64,000 bases of DNA from Ramazzottius varieornatus (Eukaryota > Animalia > Tardigrada). Shown piece by piece: positions 23,688 to 33,743 of this stretch (position 1 is the first letter of the stretch; each line of letters begins with the position of its first letter). The translations under genes and the position numbers were made by a program. The notes beneath the pieces were generated by a model that saw only the letters and a list, made by a program, of their open reading frames with translations, was not told the origin of the DNA and searched no databases. The stretch spans positions 2,421,663 to 2,485,662 of the forward strand of contig BDGG01000003.1 in NCBI GenBank assembly GCA_001949185.1, written 5' to 3'.

Positions 23688-24140
23688 TCAACCCTGAGTG
23701 GGGAACCGGGAGATCAAAGCCAGACCCAAAATCGTGACAGCGGTTAAGGTTGCAAAGTCATCACCTCCACCAAAACTGGGCGCTGGTGCGGGAGCTGGGG
23801 AAAAGATGGATCCACCACCAAATCCCCCAAAGAACAATGGCAGCAAAAACGGTAAGAATGCATCCCATTGTTTGCCTTCTCGTAGCAAAGTGAAGTTCCC
23901 GCCGATACGTATCATAGTCTGGTTCATCAGCGTGTGGAGCTCGGTGTCATTCATGGCTTTCAGTCTGTTCAACACGGCTTCCTGTGGCGAACCCTTGGTC
24001 ACGTTGAGCATGGACATAATCTGGTTGGGTGTCATGGGCGAATCCGAAGCCGCAGGAGCCTCTTTGGGGATGGTAAGACCATTTGCAGAAAGGGCGAGGA
24101 CAACGAAGGCTGAAAGTGTCACATACAGCACCGACGACAT
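23688..24140 (-). CDS. Secreted Gly-rich prepro-protein, FPTQG family copy 4
   Basis: MSSVLYVTLSAFVVLALSANG signal peptide, same pro-domain, REGK|QWD, ends ILGLALISRFPTQG-stop. Confidence 0.9.
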   Translation of the reverse strand: MSSVLYVTLSAFVVLALSANGLTIPKEAPAASDSPMTPNQIMSMLNVTKGSPQEAVLNRLKAMNDTELHTLMNQTMIRIGGNFTLLREGKQWDAFLPFLLPLFFGGFGGGSIFSPAPAPAPSFGGGDDFATLTAVTILGLALISRFPTQG

Positions 24141-24544
24141 GGTGCGATAGGAACTTTGGAACGATCTTTAATTCTTCGACTGTAAGACTAATGCTGGATT
24201 TGAGATGAGAAAGGAGAGATACCGGTACTTAAAACCTGCATGGCGGTCAAGCATCAGATACTTCGTGTTACGGGATTGAGCCTTCGTAATGTTTTTATAA
24301 GAAAAAAGGGACAACTTCGCCCATCTTGCGTCACATCGTTATTGAAGGACCCCGAACCTGCTTTTTTACGGTTCTTACATGTGGCTGATGGCGACCAAAC
24401 TCGTTTACGTTACATCTTTTACCGGTAATGTACCTATTACATATTCCTCTTCTTCCGGACTCATGGTTTTATGCTCGATGCAGTCAAAACATCACGGACA
24501 CGTTCCGTGGATCGTTAGCGCTGTCCTGTGGAAAGCGACTGATC

Positions 24545-24758
24545 TACACGCACGACGGGAAAATATGGGGCCAGTAAAAATTATGGGACCAGGCCTTTTC
24601 GCTACGGCGGTACGGAAGTACGTACGTAAGCGACCGATTCATAGTAATGCACTTTTGGACACTTTTCTACGTTTGAATTTCCATNNNNNNNNNNNNNNNN
24701 NNNNNNNNNNNNNNNNNNNNNNNNNNNNNNNNNNCCATAATCTCCCGTCGTGCGTGTA
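24545..24758. mobile_element. MITE-like element spanning an N-gap
   Basis: Terminal inverted repeats tacacgcacgacgggaaaatatgg / ccataatctcccgtcgtgcgtgta. Confidence 0.6.
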
Positions 24759-25426
24759 CAGTAGTAACAACGCGAGCTAACAAAGCTATGCCGTACAGGG
24801 CCCCCAAAACAAAGCTCGAAGAACCACCGACCCGAATGGCCGGCGCTATCTATTAAGGTATGTCAGTATGACTTTGCGGTTTTTCGGAGGGAATTTTTGA
24901 AAAGTGATATCCCTGGCCTTTGACGAAATTTCTCGCTTCTTCTTCTCGTGAATAATAGTAGACATAAGAGCGTTTTTCACAAGGTTTTAGAAACCCTGGT
25001 CCGCGCATTTGTGGGATATTGTACGAGAATGTTCTGCGATCGCTAATTTTCAAAAGTCACCTCCACCTGGAATTCTAGTTCGTGTAGCTCCACCGAGACA
25101 GCTAGAAATTCAGACACTACGGTAAACAAAACTTCAACGAAGACGCTATTGAATGATCGTTTCAGTATAGGCAAGAACAGTCTACTCCATAAGATAGCCA
25201 GATGGAAGAATACGCTTCGAAAATCTGACATCGGACAAAACAAAACTACCTGCTCTCAAAGCCGGACGAAAGCAAAACTTTTCGAACTTAGAAAGTGGGT
25301 AGTATATACATTGGTGTACTCCCCAAGAGCGCTAGCTCTTGGTTTCTTTCTGCAGTGGTAGGGACAAAAATTGGGAATTTCTCACCTCACTAAAGTGGCG
25401 CACGTCGACAACCGCAACTTTCTACT

Positions 25427-26242
25427 ATGGGCGGCGGATAAGTGCATAAGTATATGTGCTCTCAAAATCTTATAGCATACACTCTTGATAGGTACCAAAA
25501 CAGTAGGGTACTGTTTTGATGAGTTGACGGTAGTACTTTTGATGAGTTGGTTTCTGTATGTGACGTCCCATACGAATAAAGTGATCCGGAGGCGTGGCTT
25601 CTTTATTCGTTTGGGACGGCACATACAGAAACCAACTCTCCAAAAGTACTATCGAAAAGTACAGCAGTTTTGAGAGTACAAGTACTACGCAAAACAGTGT
25701 GGTACATTTTTTACCAATGTCACAGCACAGATCAAAACTGATATGCATCATTTTTGATCTATATGGGGTAAACGAGATAATTCGGGCATAGTGGTTTTTC
25801 ACTAGTTATTTGGGCATATTTTTTCTCAGCTCCTGCTGCGCGTAATGATTTCGTGAGGTAGACTGATCCCTCTCCTCGAGATTTCAATAGGTTTGAGAAC
25901 GGCAAAGCGTTGTGGATCACGAGAATTCGGCCAGGGAGAGACATGGGTTTGTCCAATGTCAAAAAGCCTAATTCCGTATCAACAGGCGTACGATGAGAGG
26001 TTAACCAAGCGTTGACGGTAATGCTCAAACTTTTCGCGTTGCCCGAATTATGGTGCGAAAATCGATATGCTCGAATTATGTCGTTCACCTCGTAATACAG
26101 TATAGTTCGAAACAGTAGGGTACTTTTCTGGCCTATACTATAGTATAGTGCAAAACAGTACCCTACTGTTTTGATACGTGTCAAAAGTGTATACTATAAG
26201 ATTTTGAGAGCACATTTCCTTATGCGTTTATCCGCCGCCCAT
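25427..26242. mobile_element. Nested element with ~90-bp inverted ends
   Basis: atgggcggcggataa...ctcaaaatcttatag...caaaacagtagggtactgttttg is mirrored at 26151-26242; an internal 120-bp hairpin lies at 25531-25651. Confidence 0.7.
25764..26092 (-). mobile_element. Tc1/mariner-type MITE (~330 bp), copy A
   Basis: TA-flanked TIRs resembling CGAGGTAAACGACATAATTCGGGCAT; whole length is the reverse complement of 61208-61547. Confidence 0.85.
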
Positions 26243-26940
26243 ATTCCACCCCGTTTTGCACAAAAGTTCTTTTTCAAAATTCTCAAAGCATATCTTTCAA
26301 GGTTTTTCTCCCGCAGTTGGCAGACCATCTTTAGTACTACAAAACTGTCCTATCATTCTCGAATTCAAAGTGCCTGTTTCGTGCGAAAAATTTTCGAAAT
26401 GGTTGTGTTTAGAACCGAGTCTCGCTTCTTCGGATATTTTTGTTGTTTCCTGTTCTCATTGCATTGGCCAAACTTTGCTTGTAAAAAAGGGAAAAGAGTC
26501 TGTGACACTGACAGGCCATCAGCTAAGTCTTGGAAGTCTGTACACTCCCTCTGAAAATATGTTTGAAAGTCTTCTGCCGAAAACCGCAAAGTCATACCGA
26601 CAGACCTAATAGATCTGAGGGAAATCCACCCAGTGATGCAGCCAGTACACGCAGTTTTCCTGATGATCGGCCTGGACAAGGTAACTGGCCACCGGCCGAA
26701 AGCGGCAGCTGCCAGCTGAAGCTGAGCAAACAAACTAATCGATCGATGTGCTGCCACTGATTTCGTCCCGGCCGATAATTAAGTAAGCTGCGTGTACACT
26801 GTACAGTACCAGCTGGTACGTAAGCCATACCAGGAGCCCCCACAGAATGTACCGCGCAATCTGTGGCATTATAGTTGCCGGTATTGCAAAGCCTCTCTTG
26901 CATGCGCTAATTTTAGGACGATGAGATCATCCGATTCTTC

Positions 26941-27900
26941 ATGTCGGTGCTAAAGAGCCGTAACTTAAAGCATGATATAGAGCCCCTAGCGGCGAAAGAT
27001 TTTCTGGTGAACTTTGTGTGCTTTATGGGGATATTTTCTACTGGAACCTTGTTGACGCAGTACTTCATCCGCTACATCTGTACCCCCTCAAACATTTCCC
27101 AGTCCCGACCCAGTAGTTTTCCGCGCTGCTTGCATTATGTCTGGATCCAGAATCGAGAAGCAGACCAACCCTTCGACCTCACGGTTCCCCAGTACTTATC
27201 TATTCTGTCCGCTATCAAGTTTCTCCCTTCGGACTTCCGCATCTTCATCCACACGAACGGTGAGTTCGCCGGTCCTTTGTGGACTGATGTAAGCGATTAC
27301 ATCAGCGTTGTACCGGCCAGCCGGATCTTCAAGCTGAATGATCGGCCAATCATGCATATCGAGCATGAGGCGGATATGGTCAAGCTTGACGTGGCTTACA
27401 ACACAGGCGGGTTCTTCGTCGACTTCGATGTGTACTTCACCGGTTACCAGCAAGAAAACTTCCTTACACTCTTAGATGAACACGAATGTATCTTCACGCC
27501 CTTCACGAGTCGTAGTCGAAAGTTCCTGGCTATCGGGAATTTCGGATGCAAGCCGAAGAGTTCGTTCATTAGAAGGATCCTCGACGAGTATAGTACGAAC
27601 TATCGCGGATACAAATGTTACGCACCGGATGATCCGATTCCTTTTCTGTATAACGGCTGCCTGTTTCCTTACCTGCTGTACCGAAAGGACAAAGAGTTCA
27701 GAAAAAGTGTCCGAATCGAAACTGAGCTTTTGAACATCAGGGAAAAGCGGAGCGACTTTCTGAACAATCTGGGGAAAGTAGAGTGGAAGAACCAGTTCAA
27801 TATGCACAGCGGATACGAAGGCAGAGAACCTTCCCTGTCGGATTTATGGAGCTGGAATTCATCTTTCGGAGATCTTCTGAGACATATTGCTAAAGATTAA
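26941..27900 (+). CDS. GT32-like DxD glycosyltransferase (alpha-1,4-GlcNAc/Gal transferase family), type II membrane protein, intronless
   Basis: N-terminal TM; PRCLHYVW, YLSILSA, HEADMVKLDVAYNTGGFFVDFDV (GG-x-x-x-DxD), GCKPKSSFI. Confidence 0.85.
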   Translation: MSVLKSRNLKHDIEPLAAKDFLVNFVCFMGIFSTGTLLTQYFIRYICTPSNISQSRPSSFPRCLHYVWIQNREADQPFDLTVPQYLSILSAIKFLPSDFRIFIHTNGEFAGPLWTDVSDYISVVPASRIFKLNDRPIMHIEHEADMVKLDVAYNTGGFFVDFDVYFTGYQQENFLTLLDEHECIFTPFTSRSRKFLAIGNFGCKPKSSFIRRILDEYSTNYRGYKCYAPDDPIPFLYNGCLFPYLLYRKDKEFRKSVRIETELLNIREKRSDFLNNLGKVEWKNQFNMHSGYEGREPSLSDLWSWNSSFGDLLRHIAKD

Positions 27901-28044
27901 CTAATTTTCCCAGTATTTGTGCTGTATTTTTTAGTTCGTATTTCCGTCAGCCGAATATGCATCGTCAGACAATGAAATTAATAATAAAACCAGGAACAGA
28001 AGATTCAACAAACTGGTATCGAAGACATCACATTTGGAAAGTAA

Positions 28045-30132
28045 TCATATGAAAATCTTTTCGAGGTAGTTACTGAGAAACTTGTTCGAAGGATCCAGCC
28101 TTCTTCTGAGCTGCAAAAACTCTGAGAATTTTTCTATATGCTCACCGAAATGAAACACGTCAGGATGGTAATGTTTGCCCCAGTGCGGCAGGCCATTGAA
28201 CTTCTCCAGAATGATTTGAAGCTGCTTCATGGTTTCCATCCCGTCACTCCTGACACTGCCATCTTCTGCCACATACACCAGGAAGCCGATCCATACAACT
28301 GGACCGGAAGCCGCAGGCGACAACCAAGCCGCCGACTTTCCTGTTGCTCTGTAGATGAAAGGGTAGTGTATCCTGCCGGGCTGCACAGCGGCCCATTCGT
28401 GTAGAGCTTTGGTTGCTTCTTGGAACCTACACAGAATACATTTTTATCGTGATTGCATTTCCTTTTGAGAACTACTGTATTACCTCTAAGGTTTCGCGCA
28501 GTCACGTGACAGATCGGTGAATTACACCCGAGGCCTCATATCACTGATTGTTTGATTGTGGCACATTGCTGCGCTTAATTGCCCAGGAAGTTTTGATTGA
28601 TGGCAGTGAAGTTTTTTATCCCCGCCACGCAATATTTACTGGCCTGTCACGTTACTGCGCGAAACCTTAGAGGTAATACAGTAAATGTAGCTTTGGCAGT
28701 TGGTGGGTCGATAAACCAAACCAAGACGTACAGTACAGGATTGTTATCTGTAGTGGCGCACAATTTCGGTGTTGCTGGCTGGAAATGTGCGCAACCTTGC
28801 ATAACGATCTGTAGGCTTCGTTTTGCCGGTCTCCCAGTTTATTCCTGTCGGTCTTTTTCCTCAGTACTGTGAATTTTTGAATGATTGTTCGCATACCTGT
28901 TCAGCGGTATGGCGATCTCGCAGTTGATCTGTGGAACTGGAATGCCTTTGCACAGAATTTGTTCGTGGTACCCCACCAAGTCCGCAGCATCTGCGAACCT
29001 TCGCACAGTGCGGAACTGCGGTTGATCCGAGGTCGTCGCGGCTTTCGTGTCATCTGACATGGCCTGCAGGTATTTATCCACCGTGTGATTCATCTCGTCG
29101 CTTTCTCCGCTCACTTTCACAGGAACTGTTCTATCACTTGACAAGAACTCTTTACTCAGTTCGGCACTCGCTTCTTCGACCAGCCACACTTGGCATAGAT
29201 CCGTCTCGGGAAACCACCACACTTTCACGTGTTCAAACTGCCGATTCCATTCATCGTACGACTCTAGAAAGTCTTCGTATGGTATGGCTAATTTCTTGCA
29301 GTGGAAGACCCTTCGAGGTTCGGTGAGAACCTCGACTTCAAGTATGACAGCAAGAGTTCCCATTGATGTTATGATAGCTCCTAAAGGAAGCTCAGAGCTA
29401 GGTGTGACTGTGCTGATCGTTCCATCTGGCAAAACAACCTTCAATCGCTGAACCATACTGGCAAAGTCGGATTGGAATAAGCCTTGACCATGTGTTCCTG
29501 TTGATATTGCACCTAAATACACAACGCGGAGTGCATACTGCATGCGAAGCATATACGGCAAACAATAACATGGGAGACCAGACCAACCGGCCAAAGCCGA
29601 ATAGTCGGCCACCCACACACCACATAATGACGTCATCGGTAGCCATTGCTAGCCGACTCATCCACTTTGTCCTACTCGCCTTAGTTCGGTCCTTTTTACC
29701 TGCAATGGTTTGTATGCCGATGACGCCCAACGAGCACCCTAACATCCGGTCCATCTTCGATAATGTCGACACCAAATCGTTAATGGGAGTCCCTCCGCCG
29801 AACGTAACTGTGGTCTCAGTGACGCTTATGAGTCCAGTGAACTGGTCCAGGGACAGCAGCCTAGCTTCAGCGTCATCCAGAGGAACCGTCATGATCTTCT
29901 CATATGACAAAGCACTTCCCACGATGTGGACTTTACTCTTGGCTCGTTTGATCAAGTTGGATACTTCAACGTCTGTCTTGGGGTGGAGAATCTGGGACCT
30001 TCGGCCAATGCATTTTATGCCGGACCAGTTGTACAGAATTTCTTTCCGGGAGTCTGCGTCGTTCGCAGCCAGTGCAAAGTTTTCTTCGCTATCGCCGTTG
30101 GGAACAGTCCGGTCTTGCGCATGGTCTAGCAT
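28045..30132 (-). CDS. FAD-linked aldonolactone oxidoreductase (L-gulonolactone / D-arabinonolactone oxidase family); 3 exons (approx. 30132-29700, 29513-28897, 28426-28045)
   Basis: NWS, VGSALS, QTIAGAISTGTHG, SMGTLAVILEV, KVWWFP, PHWGK, RRRLDPSNKF motifs of the VAO-fold ALO family. Confidence 0.9.
28473..28683. mobile_element. MITE (~210 bp, ~40-bp TIRs) in intron 2 of the lactone oxidase
   Basis: tactgtattacctctaaggtttcgcgcagtcacgtgacag / ctgtcacgttactgcgcgaaaccttagaggtaatacagta. Confidence 0.85.
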
Positions 30133-32121
30133 ACAAAGAGCATTGGTCGTTAGTTGATAGAATGTTAAGAGAGCCCATTGCGAGCCAAAGATCACATTGA
30201 TTCATGCGAGCTTGATGCAAACAGCGCATCGCACAGCTCGTTCAAGTTACCGCGCGTTACGTCATCGCGCCTTCGTAATCCTAAGGAACAGTTGTGACGT
30301 ATTGCGCGAAGTCACGTAGGTAGGCTGGAAATTATACATCATAAATTTGGATGGGATTTCCGATCACTTACCACATTCCTTCGTACAGGATTCAGTGGCT
30401 AACTCCATACTGAGGGTCCTCTGGAGCTTTTCGAAGCTGTTAGCACCGGAAACATCGAGTCCTTGAGAAGAACTGCACGAATATAGACGATTTCTGGCTC
30501 TGGAAGCAGGAACACAAATGAGATGGCATAACTGCGGAAATACCACGGCATTACGCTCGGGACATGCCATCACTCAACAGATGCAACCACAACTGAATAA
30601 TACATCATAACAATCGATGGGTTCGCCGTAAAATATTTTATAGTACGTAATCATTAGGAAGACCGGTACAATATGATATATCGAAGTCACGAAGAGTTTC
30701 GAAGAGGAGAGGATCGATAGACTCGAGAATTAGGAAATACGACATGATATTAAACGACCAGCTGTCCTATAACCCCACTTCCGCTGCTTGTTTTCACTGC
30801 AGAGTGCAGAACTGAGTGACTTACTGTGTATAGACCATGTCGTCGGGATTTTCCATTGTCCACGGTGGAGTTCCTGGTAGATTCTGATAGATCGCAGAGG
30901 TTACAGTATTAGATGACCCGATAGCGAGTTAGAAGCCTTGGAGGAAAGCAATCAGAAATGCCTCTGGTTTGCTCACACGTCAATTTCACTAGTAGTAGTC
31001 CAGCACAAGGTACTTCGTAGTTTGAAATCAGAATGACGTCGACCTTGACATGCAAGAAAGATGGCGGCCAGCTTTTATGCAATCATAATATTATGTACGA
31101 GACCGAGAAATACAGCGCCAACGGCGGAAACCGTGAGCCCCGCTCAGCTCTAACCTCCCAGGTTCTTTGATTATTCAGCTGCCGAAATCTCGATCTGCAT
31201 AATCGAACACATCGAAAAGTCCAAAACCGTACCTCGTAGAAGTTTTCGGTTAGCAACTTTCGCCAGAACTTAGCACAGTCTACTTCGGGCCCTCCCCTTG
31301 GCCGATACTATCTCCCCTGGGCGGCAAGAGATAAGTGTCTTGTTGTAACACAGAGTTTGAACACCTGAAACAAGACTAGATATTTTTCCATACGTTACAA
31401 AACACTTGTGTGCCAGTGCGTGTCATCTGTACGAAATTACTAGAAAACTAAACGAAGTTCCATATTGCGCCAAGGACCGGAAGGAATGTGCAAGTCATTG
31501 TGTCTAATGGACCACTTGTATGTACTGTAACATGGGTTTTGCCGATGTTGCAATATTATAATCAATGCTGCTATCCGTACGTCTACAATTCCTGAATAAG
31601 ACATCCGGCTCTTTATCAGAGCTACAAACGCCGCCGTTGGCGTAAGCCAGCTAACTGTCACGAACAGAGTCTCCAGACTGAGTCTGATGTACGCGACAAC
31701 CGTGCGATGTAGTCTAAGTTTTGGAAGCCCAGAACCAGCAGCTTTGGATAGATGAAGGTTCTCCGAAGGCTTTGGGAGTTCGTCCTTGGGTTCTATCAGT
31801 GAGGTGCCCAAAACTCTTCGTGGCGGAGCTCGCGAACCTCTCATGTTATAAAATGCGGAGAGACGAAGACTCTATAGTAGAGCTCTATTCTTAAACTTGT
31901 TGATGAACAGATGCACATGCAAATTCGACCTGTAGAACAAGCCGCCGAATTGGGTCAGTGATTTTTTTCTTTAGTTTCCAGCACATTGTGCTTCAACAGA
32001 AAGAACACACCAGCAAGGTTTTCTGTTCCGTCCGAATGCCTATCTAAAAGACTGTGTGAGCCAAACATGTAGAGCATTCTCCATTTCCCCCAAAAACATC
32101 GGTACTCAAGTATGTCCATCG

Positions 32122-33129
32122 ATGACAATGGAAATATTGCTGCCTTTGATGGCCGTCTTCTTCTGTACGAAATTTCCAACCCCGAACGCGCTACCTCTGG
32201 ATAAAATGTTGCTGAACGTTAATACTTATCATTCTAATGTCCGCAGTGATCACATGGCGAACCACTTACCTCCTGTAAAGCCATCGGACTCGAACTCCAA
32301 GATCTTATCTGGGTTGCTGAAAATGATCTCAAAGACCTCAACTCTTGGTACTTCGAGCAACTCATCCTTCACAATGGACGATTTCCGCCGGAATATCCTA
32401 CAAAGCCTTCAAGTACTCAACAGATCTCTGGAAAACACCAGCCACACTACACTCTCAAACTTCCCTTCAGATGTTTCACTGAACCTAACCATGTCTGAAA
32501 CGTCCGAAGAGATGAGAAAGGGGCTCACGACGGCTTTGCAGCATGACGAAACAAGAACCCGAATTGCGCGGTTCGTGAACCCGGTTTTGCTCAAGCTACT
32601 GCTAGATTACAGCAGCTTTCCCCGAAGACCCTTCATCCCTCCGGCAGTTCAAAATGGAGGGCTGTCGGAAAGGGGAAAGATCGACCTAGCACTGATTGGG
32701 TCCTTCACCCTACTTGGACTGGCCATCATAGCCACATTTCCGGTCCAACAACCGGCGCCATCAGTTGTTGTAATGAATCAAGTGAATGCGCATGAAAAAC
32801 ACATTGCGCCACCTAGCGGATCTTGGACGAGTGCACCGGAAGTTGGCCTGAACTATGCCAGCGCCACGCACAGCTCTAAAGAAGGAAACTTCGATGAGGA
32901 CGCAAGTACAGAGCAACCTTACGAGACGGAAATCATTAGCGATGACGATGAGGACTCTGAATATGAAACCACAACACCGTTACAATACGAGACTACACAA
33001 TTTGAGGATCTCAGTCCGCAGTTCCTGAAAGTCCTGGTTTCGTTCGTCAATCATGAGCCGGTGCAAGTTGATGTGGTTAACGAGGGCGACTTTATGGCTA
33101 ACTATACTTACCGGGAACCAAGACTGTGA
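32122..33129 (+). CDS. Secreted protein, divergent and C-terminally extended relative of the FPTQG family
   Basis: Signal-like N-terminus, sequon-rich pro-region, RIAR|FVN, LLKLLLD, DLALIGSFTLLGLAIIATFPVQQ, then an acidic Thr-rich extension; AATAAA follows at ~33220. Confidence 0.8.
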   Translation: MTMEILLPLMAVFFCTKFPTPNALPLDKMLLNVNTYHSNVRSDHMANHLPPVKPSDSNSKILSGLLKMISKTSTLGTSSNSSFTMDDFRRNILQSLQVLNRSLENTSHTTLSNFPSDVSLNLTMSETSEEMRKGLTTALQHDETRTRIARFVNPVLLKLLLDYSSFPRRPFIPPAVQNGGLSERGKIDLALIGSFTLLGLAIIATFPVQQPAPSVVVMNQVNAHEKHIAPPSGSWTSAPEVGLNYASATHSSKEGNFDEDASTEQPYETEIISDDDEDSEYETTTPLQYETTQFEDLSPQFLKVLVSFVNHEPVQVDVVNEGDFMANYTYREPRL

Positions 33130-33743
33130 ACGGGTCTTTCGGTGTCCCGCTGCACGAATCTTCGGACTCGCGCCCGTTTGCCCTCCGGCCTGTAAAATAC
33201 CACAGTGAATCTTACTATAATAAAGTTCTATTTTATTTCTGATAATTAACTGTGTGAGAGAAATTCAGAAATAAATTTGCAATGCATAGACCGTTTGCTT
33301 ATGCCGGCACGTGTGCCGTACCAGCTGTGAAAACGACCGGCCTGTGTCAACTGCCAGTCCGCGTTCAGCAACCGCATTACCAAGGTACACAAAGGGAAGC
33401 CTACAACGCAGTGTGATTAAACAAAGCCCTTAATGAACACAGATTTAAATGAACCATCGAACTGAAGTACCTATGATGGAGCATGCGACGACAGGTACGG
33501 AAAGCTCCATGATCTGCAAGGGTCCTCTCCATCCTAGCGCTTGCTCGTTAGCCGGTGCACAACCGTTCGTCGTGAAGATACGAAGGGCTCAGAAACCCGG
33601 AAGCTTGACGTTCTGCGTCAACAATGCACTCGAAACATCTGTCCTTGCGCCCACATATATAGGTCCTCGCGGACTTTGGCTGTAATTTGCAACAGGTTAC
33701 TAATAGTTCAAGCCAAATTACTGACTCTTTGTAGGGATCGAAG

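Larger units (their letters stand above)
24857..26606. mobile_element. Non-autonomous DNA transposon (PIF/Harbinger-like) containing nested elements
   Basis: TIRs ggtatgtcagtatgactttgcggttttcgg / ccgaaaaccgcaaagtcataccgacagacc, flanked on both sides by TAA (3-bp target-site duplication typical of PIF/Harbinger); no transposase ORF. Confidence 0.75.

Noticed and set aside
24857-26606. ORFs inside the transposon nest as a possible transposase
   Set aside because: Short, mirrored on both strands because of the inverted repeats, and without DDE or Myb motifs.
29492-30157. 221-aa plus-strand ORF
   Set aside because: Antisense to exon 1 of the lactone oxidase.
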